From contig OZ316891.1 of assembly GCA_973895155.1 (NCBI GenBank), positions 17,420,095-17,484,094 of the forward strand: a DNA stretch of 64,000 bases, in the 5' to 3' direction. Below, one piece after another: positions 48,901 to 61,080 of the stretch (position 1 is its first letter; the number at the start of each line of letters is the position of its first letter). Position numbers and translations under genes: made by a program. Under the pieces are notes generated by a model that was given only the letters and a program-made list of their open reading frames with translations, was not told the origin of the DNA and ran no database searches. The DNA comes from Marsupella aquatica (lineage: Eukaryota; Plantae; Marchantiophyta).

Positions 48901-51900
48901 GGAGTTTATTGGGTAGACATTGGAGCTGCCATCCTTGAAATATATTGCAGACCTAAGTAGGGTGTCAAGATGTAGTTGAAACACGAACACTGTTTTGGAT
49001 CGGCAAGGTTTGGAAACCTTTCGTCAATTGAAGATTTTTCTTAGTAGGCAGTTCTGCTTTTCAGACGCATGACTATTTTTCAAGCTTGCATCCCTGTCAT
49101 TTCTAGGAGTTCTCGTTAACGAGGACCAGTCCTAATCTGATAGCCTGCATGATGACCTTTGTCAGCAAAAGATGCTTTTGGCATGATGCTTGGACGCGTG
49201 GGCATGGTTACAGGTGTCTGCGACCAGGAAAGGTTTGAAGAATCAAATTAAGAACTTGTGGTGGCGTAAAGGCAAAGATGACGTTCCTGACGTTTCGAAT
49301 GGACCGTTGTGAGTCAAAATTGCAATGAATGACTTTTGTTAGTTAATATTCTGTCAACGGGAGAAGTCTTGCTAATGTCCCTTGGTCCCAGTCCATTTAT
49401 GAACATCAATGACATATGGATTCGATAGTTGTACCGATATGTCCTGTGCCTTACGATTTTGAAACTTACTTGCACTTTGGATAAGTTTGTTCATGCTCAT
49501 CAAACCTGGTTGCAGCTATTATACTTTTTGGGTTGTACTCTGTGTGTGTGGGAAACAGTATGTACATGTTCTTCGGAAAAAGATTGGCCGATACTCAAAA
49601 GATGGTCTAGGATATATTCTTCAAGATAAATTCGCAACTGGAACTGCATGGGTTTTATTCTTTTGCAGTGCATGATTCCGATGTTGTCGCAAATGCTGGC
49701 AGGTACACATATAGCTCCCCGGAGTCTCAAATCAGAGTCTTGGCAGACTACGCTTTCATGTTGCATGATTATGAACTTGCTTTGTCCACTTATCGCTTGC
49801 TTTCAAGTGACTACAAGACTGATAAGGCCTGGAAGCGGTATGCAGGTGTACAGGTGTGTTTGTTTTTGAACAATTCCTTTTTGTAAAATTGGTCAGAGAA
49901 TTTGTCTACTAAGGTCTCCGTTATTGGAAATTCTGGTATCGACTGTGGTTACCTTCTGGAAACCATGGTGATCGTCGTCTTGGGATAAGAGAATCTTGTC
50001 AGGTGTCATCTGGAAGGAAAATCTCTGAGCCCTTCATCAATCTGCTTTGTCGATTTACAGAGTCCGTTGTGGGGTCTTTGGTTTCTTTTTACAGGAGATG
50101 ATTGGGCTGTCCCTCTTTATGCTTGACCAATCCAGGAAGGAGTCTGAAATGTCCATGGACACGGCAATTAACTATTACCCTGTGAGTTTCTTCTATAATC
50201 ACACTTGCACTGCTTTCTTATGCACTGTTTTATTCAAAGGGAGAGTCGCCGATGTCCCTATTTTTTCGTACGGTGCAAGAGGACGTTAGCGTTGGAACTC
50301 TTGAGATAGTTGACCAAGATAAGGTCCTAAGGGTACTACGCAGGCTCTGTAAAGGTGTCGGACTGAAAACTTTGTTCACACGCTCAAAATAGGTGATAAT
50401 TGATGGTGCTAGTGTCGCAGCTGTGAAGTTCTTTAGGACCTCTGAGATGGTTTTTATTCTAAATTAATGCCGCCAAGAAGCTATCTGGATTGCGCCAGCT
50501 GGTGTAACTTGCGAATAGATCTAAGATCATGCAGCAAGTATTTCTAATAAACTTCCTGGGCACGACTGATTAGACTAGCTCATAGATTTACTCTCGCTCA
50601 TAACATCGTTGTCAATGTTTTTGATGTAAATGATTCTGATGATTGTCAGACATTCTTTATGAGACCTCTTAAAGTAGGGTTGCTGGATATTTGCAGAAGG
50701 GTGGCCCATCCAGTGCAATATACGGAACAAGGTCTTCTCTTTGGCTAGCTGAGATGCATAAAGCAAAGTCTCAATACCGAGAAGCTGCAGCGGTTTTGTC
50801 TCGGGCATCGACGGAGGTGTGTGACGTAAAGTTGATGGGCGTGCATAATATTTTTCAGTTCTGTCAATACAATCAATCAATGTTCGATGCAATATGCAAC
50901 AAAGTTTGACTAGTTTGAGTGTCTCTAAAAGGAAGCAAGCACCCGATCAGGGCTGTTGCTGGAACAAGCTGCCTACAGCTACTTGCGCACAACGCCTCCT
51001 ATGCTACGCAAGTATGGTTTTCACCTTGTGCTTGCTGGAAATCAGTATGCGAACTGTTTTCAGGTAAGACTACTCGTTACAAGTTGTCAATCTCATGCCA
51101 TTTTTATGAGATACACAATGGACTGGATTTGTACGTGCAATGCACATTGGGCACGCTTGTCATCCATCAGTTTTGAAAGCATCCTGGTACTTATTCTCTC
51201 TTTCTAGGGTCTTATACCATTTACATACTGAGGATTTTAAAAGAGACAAAGAACGGTCCAGATTCAGCCAAAACTCGCGGTTACAATTAGCCCAACGTAT
51301 TCAGGAAGCTTGGCAGGCAAGAGTGGGGTTCCGGTAGGGGGTGCGAAGGGAATGAACCCTCCCATTCTAACGGCAGGGGCATGTGATTGAGCTAGTATGT
51401 CGAGGTCAACCTACGCAGAAAGTTCACTAGAGGCAATATGTATTTTTTTCTGTGGGCATTTACTTTGGCTTATTTTACAGCTCAGTATTAAAAGTCATTC
51501 AGTTTCTCAAGGATCTATTACAATGTAACTTATGTGCTGTGCAGAGGAAGCTTGCAACCCAAGTGTATAGGAGTGCCCTAAGTATATTTGGCAGCCGTGA
51601 TTGGAACTACATCCATGATCACGTTTATTTTCATCTGGGGAGGTTAGCATCACTCAAAGTGTTGAATGCCGTCGCTCCGTTTTTTCAGTCGCTTCGTTAG
51701 TATCAAGTATGAGAGGAACGTGTGTAGAAAATACTTCATTCGGCATTGTAGGATTGTGCTCGCGTGGAACCCTAGCTGCAAATTTCTTATATAGTGTGCG
51801 ATGCTCAGGTTATCAACTCTTCTTGGAAATCATGCTAGTGCAGTGCAATTCTTCAAAAAAGTAATTGCCTGCAGTCATCAGTCCTCCGCAAATCAGGCCA

Positions 51901-54900
51901 AGTTTTTGGCTGAGTTTCTCTTCGTGATTCAGGTACAGTTTTGGTGCAATACATTACTGGTGATGATGATGGTTCCTGAACTGCAATGATTGGACCTGCT
52001 GACTGATTTGACGGAGTAGTTTAGGCTTTTACCGCTGATTTTGCTTCTAAATTCTGTATGACTCAAATACAGAGCACAGCAGTTCAGGGGGATAATTTGG
52101 ACCTGGACTTACCCACCATTGATGTGAAGCATGTCCATGTTCATTTTGAAGATCAGCGGACATATGCTTCTTCTGCCGCTGTAAGATTCAGTACAAATTT
52201 GATCTGAATTACTTGATTTATGTTGTAAATCAGATATGCTTCTTCCACTGCCGTAAGATTCTGTTCAAATTTGATCTGAATTACTGAATTTTATCTAGTA
52301 TACTTCTGAGAGCCAAATCGCTCTTTTTATTTGATGTTTTTCGGAGTTGTGCTAATGTGTTTGAACTTCTTAAATAAAGTGTAGCTCTTGGTTGGGAAGA
52401 CCAATGTCATGATCGCTGGACATTTGTATAGGCATCTGTACCAGAGAAGACATGGTCATCAGTGGAAGAGGGCCTTGTACCTGGATCTGACAAGATAGTC
52501 TCAACATGGATGGATGCAAAATCCACAAAGAGAGCCGCTGATTTCAATATCTGTGTTGCTGGAGGTCTTACATCTGACCTGAGGTTTTTTTTGTTGAAAA
52601 TTGTGGGATGGGTGATAAGAATAGTTGCAGAGTGATGATTCTTAAATAGTTCCTTTATGTAGAATTCTGTTGTTATTGATGAGTGGCTGTCAACTCTCAG
52701 ACTCTTAGAGAATGAGGAATGGGACTAGAGCCCATATCACTAAAGAGCTGATTTCTTCCTTTTGGCAAAGCAGAGGAGATTGGGGTGGATGTGGAATTTA
52801 GCAACCCTCTCCAGATTCCACTGGATGTGTCTGCCGTGTCGCTTGTCTGCAACTTTACCACAAAGACTCTAACAGACGACCCTGGTGAGCAGCTGCTATC
52901 TGGCCTAGCACTCACGGACTGTGATTTTGTCAATTGAAGTGTGATTTGGATGACCTAAGCATTAAGTTTATTTGAGCTTGGCCCAGTTATAAGGACGAAG
53001 TTTTTTATAAACTTCTGCAGTGTTTATAAGTTTGAATTTTGTTTGTAGGGTTGAGCAAATCCAAAGAAGAAATGGAAACTTCCATTTTGAACAGTCCAAG
53101 CACAAGTGAAGGTGGCAAGTCACAAGGCGGAAACGCAGGGTGCGCCTCTGCAGTAGTCATTTCTTCGAAATAATTTAAGATGTATATATGTCCTCGTATA
53201 ATGTGTCTGGTGTGAGATCTGCTGGGTGATTGATCTTCACAGATATCGATCTAGATGTATTTTCTTCTCTTCAATGTATATGGGTCTGTTCTGGCAAGGC
53301 TGCGAAAGGCATAAAGTCTCCACTGTATACAGCGGAAAGCATATTCCCTTCACCCCTTGTTATTGTTTTGCTATCATTCTGATAGCTTCACGCTGGTTTT
53401 AACACAGTTACGTTCTCTCCATAGGAACGATGTTGAAAGTGACTTCAAAGGAGATGATCCTACTTCTGAAAGTCAGCTGACTGTCAGTAAAGAGGAGTTT
53501 TCTCTGAAATCTGGAGACAAAATTGTTGTAAGGAACTCTGGACTCATTTCCTGCTGTTTTTTACTGGATTTTTCCCCTGATTTATTTCGAATAGATGAAC
53601 GTAGTGTGCTTGTCATCCCACCTGAGAATGTCAGCGTAATAATTAATTATTGTTTATCTGCAGGTGCGGTTGAAGGTGAAACCGCTGCAGGCTGGGGTTT
53701 TGAAGGTCACTGGAGTTAGGTGGACACTTTCTGGAATTGCTACAGGTCAATGTGACTTCGCAGTCCTTGGGTTGAAGAAGAGAAAGTCAAGAAGTAACAA
53801 GAGAGACGAACCTGTACCAAGTCAGCGACTAAAATTTCATGTCTTAGGGGTGTGTTTCCCCTGCACTTCTCTGCTCCATGTTTTACTTGGTAAACTGCAT
53901 CTAGGTGGAAATCAGGATTGCTAGTACACCTTGAATCGTTGAAGGTTTGTAATTGTTAATTTTCTTGGTGTGAAGTGGATATCATACACGGGATGTCTTG
54001 CCATTTAGAATCTGTCGGTTTAAGTCACATTTTGAGGGTGTTGAGGTTATTGTTAAATATGGGAGCATTCTTTTGCAATATCGGAATAATTTCCTCTAAT
54101 TTATTTCTGATCTCCACTAGCATGCTTTTCAATCTTGTTCCCAATTATGAAGAGCAGGTCGTCCATTGTTGCATACTTTCTTTACGTAAAGGTCATCCGT
54201 TTTTTTTCTCATCAGGTTAGCTGCATGTTCTTCATGTTCTTCATGTTCTTTGAATACCCTCCCTTAATGTAATTCAAGTGTTCTATATTTTCGGTCAGTG
54301 AGAGAGTTCTGTATCGTAGTGGCAATATGTTTACTATGACCTGGTCGATTGTCGCAGCATATGCCACGACTTGATGTATCACTCCATGAGATGCCAGGAC
54401 GGGTAAATACTGGTGAGGTGCGGCGCCTTGTGCTGGAACTTTCGAACCCTTCAACCGCCACAGTAAAGGTACAATCTCTTGGATTGCTTATCATAAGCAC
54501 CTTATGTGTAACAGATCTGTGAAGTTCATTTTGAGTGTTTTGACCGTTTGTTTAGAAAACGCGATTCTGCTGAGACAATCTTTGTCAAGCTGATTCTGTG
54601 CTGTACTTTCTGAGTGTGCTTTGTATTGCGTCGTGTACACATGTTTCTCATTTATGGTGTCTATGCAGGCAATCAAAATGAAAACCAGTCACCCACTTTT
54701 CCTTCTGGTAGGGGAGGCTGGAGACTTAGACCAGGAGTTTCCCGGTTGTCTTGAAGTGCAAAGGGAGCCATCTGGTTTGTCTGGAATCCAAGATGCTGTC
54801 AATATTGAACAGGAGTGCAGCACCAGTGGCTTCATCTTTTCTTTTCCCGAGGTCTAATTCTTATCATTTACGGCCCTCCAAGTTCTGTTATTATATCTCC

Positions 54901-57409
54901 AATGGGATCCGTGTAGCCTAGATCAATTCGTTTATTCACTGGCATGCAATATAGTTGGCTCGATCGAGGGATGTCATGTTTTGCAGCGTGCAATTTCTGA
55001 AGCTACATTCTCATGAAAACTGAAATAGTCTCGTTTCTGATGATGGAGAGCAGGGCACAGCTCTGGAGGGGGGTTCCACTTTACTCTGGCCTCTGTGGCT
55101 TCATGCTAGGGAAGCTGAGACCGTTTCTCTACATACTGTAATCTACTATGAGCCAGACAAGTCAATAACTGGTCTCGCTTATCGAACTGTCAGAATGACT
55201 CATACTCTTCAAGTAAGTCCGTTAAAGTTTTGATTTCGGCAGTTTTTTAGGTACGAAGCGCAAGGTTCTCGTCAGTGTGTGGCCGGTCCAAGAGATTAAA
55301 AGGTAATAGACAGCTGTCAGCCTTACGCAAGTTGAAAGAGGTAACCCATCGTATTCAAGAGGTTGAGTTGTAATGCAGGTACTTCCTTCATTAAAAATTG
55401 GTGTACAAATCACACCATCCCCATTACAGCTTCAACAGTTTCTACTACGGTTAGACATTGAGAATAAACACCCTTCGGAAAGCTTTTGGCTCCGCCAAGT
55501 TTCTTGTGCTGGCAATCAATGGAGTCTTGCCCCTCTACCTCCTCCTGTGGTGGATAGTCGTCAAGAAAACGAAGCTGCTGAGAGTGTTGACGTCAGGGCT
55601 GCGCTTCTCTCAGCTTCTGTGTGCCCCTCACAACTATTGCCTGCAAGTCAAAACTTGTCATTGTTCTTCAAGTTGCTGGTGAGTCGGTGATTTCAGTTTG
55701 AACTGTTGACTTGCACCTGATTCATTCTGGGGTTACTCCAAGAAAAAAGGCAGATGCTGTGAACGCCCGCATTTGCCTTCACCGGACTTCAATTTCAGAC
55801 GTAGTGAAGACTTCATTGCCTGTCTTTGGAAAACTTGTCAGTAAGATAGGCAACTTGATGGTTGACTTATTTTTCGCGTTGTTTGTATTTCGGAACAGAA
55901 TGTCGGACCAGAAAAACTTCCCATTGCGGATGGGCTTACAAGTAATATCAAATTGGGTCCACACAGTAGCACAGAACCACTTATTGACATCGCTAGTGGA
56001 CCCCTTCCTCGTTTTCTATTGCGTGAGAAGTCGGATCAACCGAAGTCCCCTCTGCCTTCATTTTTGCGACATCAGGTTCGTTTTGATGCCGTTTTTGCTG
56101 TGGGTATTTTGATCACATACTTCCAAGGGATAGCAGATAAGGAGGTTTCACTCCTAGGAATTCTCCGAAAAGTTCTTGTTTTGTGCAGGTGGAGTCTAGC
56201 ACTGGGAGGAGAGGGTCAAGAAAGAGCAGAGCTGAAACCCGTCCTACAGATGATGCGGAGCCCAAGGGAAGGACCGTGGATGTTGTACTGATCTCTGAGC
56301 AGCAAGATGGCATGACTACTGAAAAACGAGAAGCCTCTTTGCAAGACAATGTTAGAGTACTTGTGCACGACATCTGCCATTGCAGGTCTTTTTCTCCAAA
56401 CTCCTAATAGGTTGAAGTGGAAAATTGAGATACAAGTACGCTTAAATGTCTTTGGTATACTCTCCTGTCATGTCCGCTCTTCTATTTAAGATGTTATCTA
56501 GAGAGTGTTTGATTGATGTATTCTTGCCAAAATTATGATGTTGCAAACAAACAAAAATATAAAATGTTGCAGAAGTGTTTTGCTGAAATTGATTTTACGC
56601 CTTGTTAGTTGGTGTGACCAGTCAACTTTGGAGTGTTTACTCTGGCAATTTTGTTGTGTTTATAAGCTGTATAATTGAAGCTAGTATTGTCTTGCAGCGT
56701 GAAAAGTATGGTCCCATTAATTTGGGTGATGGAGGGACCCAGGTCTGTCGAGCATGATTTTGCGAAGGAACCATTCTGTGAGGTTACACTCCTCTTGACG
56801 GTCAAAAACTGTTCAATATATGACGCTTCTGTAAAAGTGGAGACCTTTGACATGAAACCTATCTCTGGAGCGGGATCTTCGTCCGTTCAGGAGAAACGTG
56901 TTGGCTGGTTCCCTCTCACAGGAGCTCCTGCCAATGGTGAGCCCTCTTTATCAGATTCTGGATCGGGAGGGTCCCTGGCATCTGCTGCCGCCACTGACGA
57001 GGAAATGGTTGGAGGAATTTTGTCTTGTGGACCTTACGTGTGGTGCAATTTGAGGTCAACGAGTGTCCCGGCATTGAGAGCTGGGTCATTAGCTGAAGTT
57101 CCTCTGCATGTTGTGTTCTTTGCGCCTGGAATATACGATCTTTCCAGGTATCAAATATCGTGGTCACTCTTGGATCAACCAGTTGAGAGTGTGAAAAATG
57201 AGCCAGCGGGTAAAGAAAATGTGTCGGGACCTCCAAAACAAAGCAAGAATACCGAAGCTACTTTTGCTAGTGGGTTTGCCCCAGTAGCAGACAAGGCATT
57301 GGGGGTAAGTAGCTCCACATCGAGTAGAAGTAAAAATACTAGGAAGTTGATGAATGGGGTGGGACAGGGTCACCCCCTTCTACTGACTGTTCTTCAAGGA
57401 GAATTGTAA
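45995..57409 (+). CDS. TRS85: Trafficking protein particle complex III subunit TRS85 (TRAPPC8); >20 exons
   Basis: SPVVMVLSTP..EES...NGLSFVDLFRPF; PVRTASEQPYRL..F.IRMFYAS; SEHEAFDHPVAC; VSATRKGLKNQIKNLWWRKGK; YTYSSPESQIRVLADYAFMLHDYELALSTYRLLSSDYK.DKAWKRYAGVQEM; LEQAAYSYL...PPMLRKYGFHLVLAG; VEFSNPLQIPL; PGIYDLSRY. Stop TAA at 57407-57409. Confidence 0.94.
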
Positions 57410-57841
57410 TTACCTGTTGAAAAGTAGTCATGAAATTAAGTCAGAAGAGTTTGATCTTCTAGATTAATTTCTCCTGAATTAGCGCAGGGAGAACATTCTT
57501 TCAGCCCTTATTTATCAATAAGGCTCTATTCTAGCACATGTCAATTTTAATCTTTGCGTCAGGGTCACATTCTTTTGGCCGTCCGTTTGGGTTAAAGAGC
57601 TTTCGGTGACAGGCGGACTCTGGGTTATACAAAAATTTACTTATGAATGTGAAAAACTGGACTAGCTCTTTGCGTTGGACATATTGAACGTATACCAGCT
57701 GCCCAGACTAAAAGGATTGTATTTCCTTTCACTTCAGCCTAGATAGTCCAGCCTTTTTGAGGTTCGAATAGCTCACGTGTTTATCCACAGCTGCCTGTGT
57801 AAGAGGGCACTTGCTCACCCTTTCAACACCTGCCCATATGA

Positions 57842-57985
57842 AAGCCCAATTCCCTCGCTCACTACTCCATATCCGGGTCCTGTGGTAAGCCCAATTCCCT
57901 CTCTCACTACTCATTCCTGTGGTAAGCGCCATTCCCCTCACTATGCCTCGCTTCCTTACTTCTACTCACTACTCATTCCTGTGCT
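57842..57985. repeat. Degenerate tandem repeat (AAGCCCAATTCCCTC.CTCACTACTC..CCTGTGG), 3-4 partial copies
   Basis: Motif repeats at 57842, 57887, ~57924 and ~57965. Confidence 0.7.
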
Positions 57986-58585
57986 AGTCCTTTTCACATT
58001 CATAAGTAAATTTATGGAATTCTCATCATAAAAGGTGGGACACTGATCATCTTTTGTGGAGCTCAAGTCCATTCATGAACCTGTGCATTTTATAATGAGA
58101 GTTGTGGGTAACTCGAGGTTCTTTATAGAGGTAGTTGTGGGAGTTGTGGATAACTCGTACCTCTTTATAGAAGTAGTTGTGGTTTAAATTGCAGCTGTAG
58201 GTATATAATGGCCATGCTAGGTGATTTCACTATGTGAACAATTGCCCTTCCACTTTGTTTTATGCCCATAGTGTTGTCCGATGCCCTTCCTCATCAACTT
58301 CTTGCCCGTCTATCCAGCCAATGAAAATGAACTTTTATTTGCTAGTTGAGTTTTGAGCCATAAATTGAACCCAATGATGGACAGATGACAAGCCAATGAG
58401 GGTTGCAAATTCCTGAAAATGATAACAAATTATAGTGCCCGATCTTGATCTGGGGTCTAACTACTCACTTTCTCCTAGTGGCTCTTGTCGCCCGTGTTAC
58501 AATGCACTCACTAGCTTCTTGAGATTGTTTGTGGATCTTGAACCATGGTCTGTCACCCATGGGCAACAATAATAACCCCAATGGG

Positions 58586-58898
58586 TGTTAAATATAGATG
58601 ACAATTGTAACGATAAGCACATGACATATTCAATGTGCAAGTAATCGACACAAGAGATACGTGGTTCACCTCCTTGAGGTTACATCCCAAGAGATCTTTA
58701 CTGACAAGCCCGTCGGCCATACCAAGTCTTCACAGTGTAAGTTTTTTTCATCTCTCAAGTGGTTCAGTAACAATCCACTTATCCAAGCAAACACCGTTTG
58801 GCATATAGTTTGCATCCTAGTCAACCTAACCACGTCTCTGACTATGGTTAGTTTATGGTTACATGTTGTAACCCTAGACCTTGAGTAAATACCTAACA
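58586..58898 (-). mobile_element. Solo LTR of the same family as 39704-40054, 313 bp, TSD ATGGG/ATGGC
   Basis: TGTTA...TAACA termini. Its 3' end ACATGTTGTAACCCTAGACCTTGAGTAAATACCTAACA is the exact reverse complement of the start of the 39704 LTR. Confidence 0.87.
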
Positions 58899-60416
58899 AT
58901 GGCGGACTGTAGACACGACGCATTGAGAACACCTATCCAGAGTGTCTCACAAGTTGGAAACTAGCCAACAAACCAACCAACCTCCTTTATGCTTTGCTTG
59001 TGTGCAATAGAGCTCCTGTGCTACTTTATGTCCCTTGGCCTGGCGGAGTAGCGACAGATCTCAACTGATGGCGTGTGAGGGTTCATAGAACATATACTTT
59101 CTTCATATGTGCCTTGAGGGACCTGCCACCCCTGAACGGACCAGCTTTGTTTCTTTATTTCTGGCCCCTAATCCATATCTAGATGGGACCATAACTTTTG
59201 TCTAGTTCCTAGATAGGTGATGCTACACAGAGCATTGCATTTACGTCGATTGGGAGCTCCTGATGTTGCTACTAACAACCACTCATGACCACTTGGGGGT
59301 GTCTTCTTGGTGTCTTCTTAGACTAGGGGGTACTGCGATGGGTCTATAAAAACAATTGCCCAAAAACACTCCATCTCCACTATTGTATGGGACTATACAG
59401 TTTGTATATATAAGGAGAACTATGGGTAGCCTCTAGTCAAAGTACAGTCAAGTGTGGTTCACTCACTTGCAAGCCTTGACCAACTCTTCCTGGACCAACC
59501 TTTACCCACCTACAAGTCATGTTTCATCAAACATACAAATAGAAAGTGTCAAATTGGTGATCCATGCAGATCTTCACCCAGGGTCCCACGTATTAACTGT
59601 AATTAGAGATGTACTCCCAAATTGAAGCACACAATCTAACCCCACATGGACCATGTCATGAAAATTCCTAGTACAAGGTAATCTTTGTAGATTCAATTTG
59701 GCTTTATATGAGGGATATGCAAAACCATAAAACTCAGTTCCATGAAATTACTCACTGCTTGTTTTCATGTGATCAACTTTAACTTTGTTACTAGAATGTG
59801 TACTAGTGGTAAAATTTGTAAAGTTGACTTTACTGGTATTACCTATGTGTCTAGGCTAGAATTCCCCTCCCAGGTGTCAAGGTAGAGCTCTGTGACTCGG
59901 GTGATGCTTGCAGTTGTAATTGATTTGGTCGAGACTCCAAAGAAATTGGGACTAACTTGGTATGGTGCCCCCCCTATGTTAAAAGTGTCCATTCACCAAC
60001 TTACATGTAAACAACCCAACTTAACATGTACACATACTACAAAAAACCATCAAGACTGTGACAACAAAAAAAACTTTTGACAGAAAAATCAGGAACCTGT
60101 CAAAAATACTTACATGACAACAGTGGCAATAGAGGGGCATAGAAAAAATCTGGGAACAGCTCCTCCCCCCTCCCTCTTCTAGGTCTTGTGGACAAGGAGT
60201 GCAAGAACAGGGGACAATTCCTGGAAGATGACCCAACAATAAAAAAAGAGGGGCCAAAAGAAGTGCCCCGTACAAATGCAAATTTGCCCCTCTCCTGATG
60301 TGCATAGCTGCAGCTGGAATCAGGTGCAGGTTGCTGGGAGCAAAATATTTTCGGTGCAAAGAAAACAAAGGAGAAAATTCAAAGATTGCACCTCCCCCAA
60401 TGCATTGGAGCTTTTA

Positions 60417-60452
60417 CCCTAAACCCTAAACCCTAAACCCCCCCCCCCCCCC
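60417..60452 (+). repeat. Interstitial plant telomere-type repeat (CCCTAAA)3 followed by poly-C; telo-box-like
   Basis: CCCTAAA x3 at 60417-60437 and a C-run to 60452. Confidence 0.85.
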
Positions 60453-60477
60453 ACAAAGCAATCCAAACTTATTGCCG

Positions 60478-60909
60478 CCCTCATGGGGCCCATACATATC
60501 CCACCACTTTGAGATGGGTATACTTGTGGTTTATTGAAGGTTGAGATGCACTTATGAAACCCTGACTTTTCTGGTGCATATACAAAGAAAATAGCTGTAA
60601 TTTGAGGGGATTAGGGGAGCCTGCACTTACCACTGGAATGCAGGGTGTCCATAGTGCACTTAGACAGTGTATAGGGCACTTATTGTCACCCTCGTGGGGC
60701 CCATACATATCCCACCACTTTGAGATGGGTATATTTGTGGGTTTATTGAAGGTTGAGATGCACTTATGAAACCCTGATTTTTATGGTGCATATACAAAGA
60801 AAAGAGCTTTGAAATTTGAGGGGATTAGGGGAGCCTGCACTTATCACTGGAATGCAGGTATCCGTAATGCACTTAGACATGGTGGAGTGTATAGGGCACC
60901 GATTGTCAC
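60478..60909. repeat. ~211-bp tandem duplication immediately upstream of SRP68
   Basis: Copies begin CCCTC(A/G)TGGGGCCCATACATATCCCACCACTTTGAGATGGG at 60478 and 60689 and remain alignable throughout. Confidence 0.92.
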
Positions 60910-61080
60910 TCTTCTGGAGCGAGCTGACGCATATCTCACCATTTTGAGATCGGTGGGTGTGTAGTTCGGTCGATCGATCGATCAAGCGCTCTAACAACAA
61001 AGGCAATCACCTAGTTTGCAGGGATCCCATTTCGGCTCTTGAAGTGGAAAGCAGAGGCGAAGAGAGGAGAGCACGACCCG

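Noticed and set aside
51321-51367. Intronic structured RNA in TRS85 (GAGTGGG...CCCATTC stem)
   Set aside because: Short imperfect stem with no C/D or H/ACA box arrangement; insufficient evidence.
60417-60437. Chromosome end or telomere fusion site
   Set aside because: Only three repeat units in one orientation, flanked by ordinary genic sequence.
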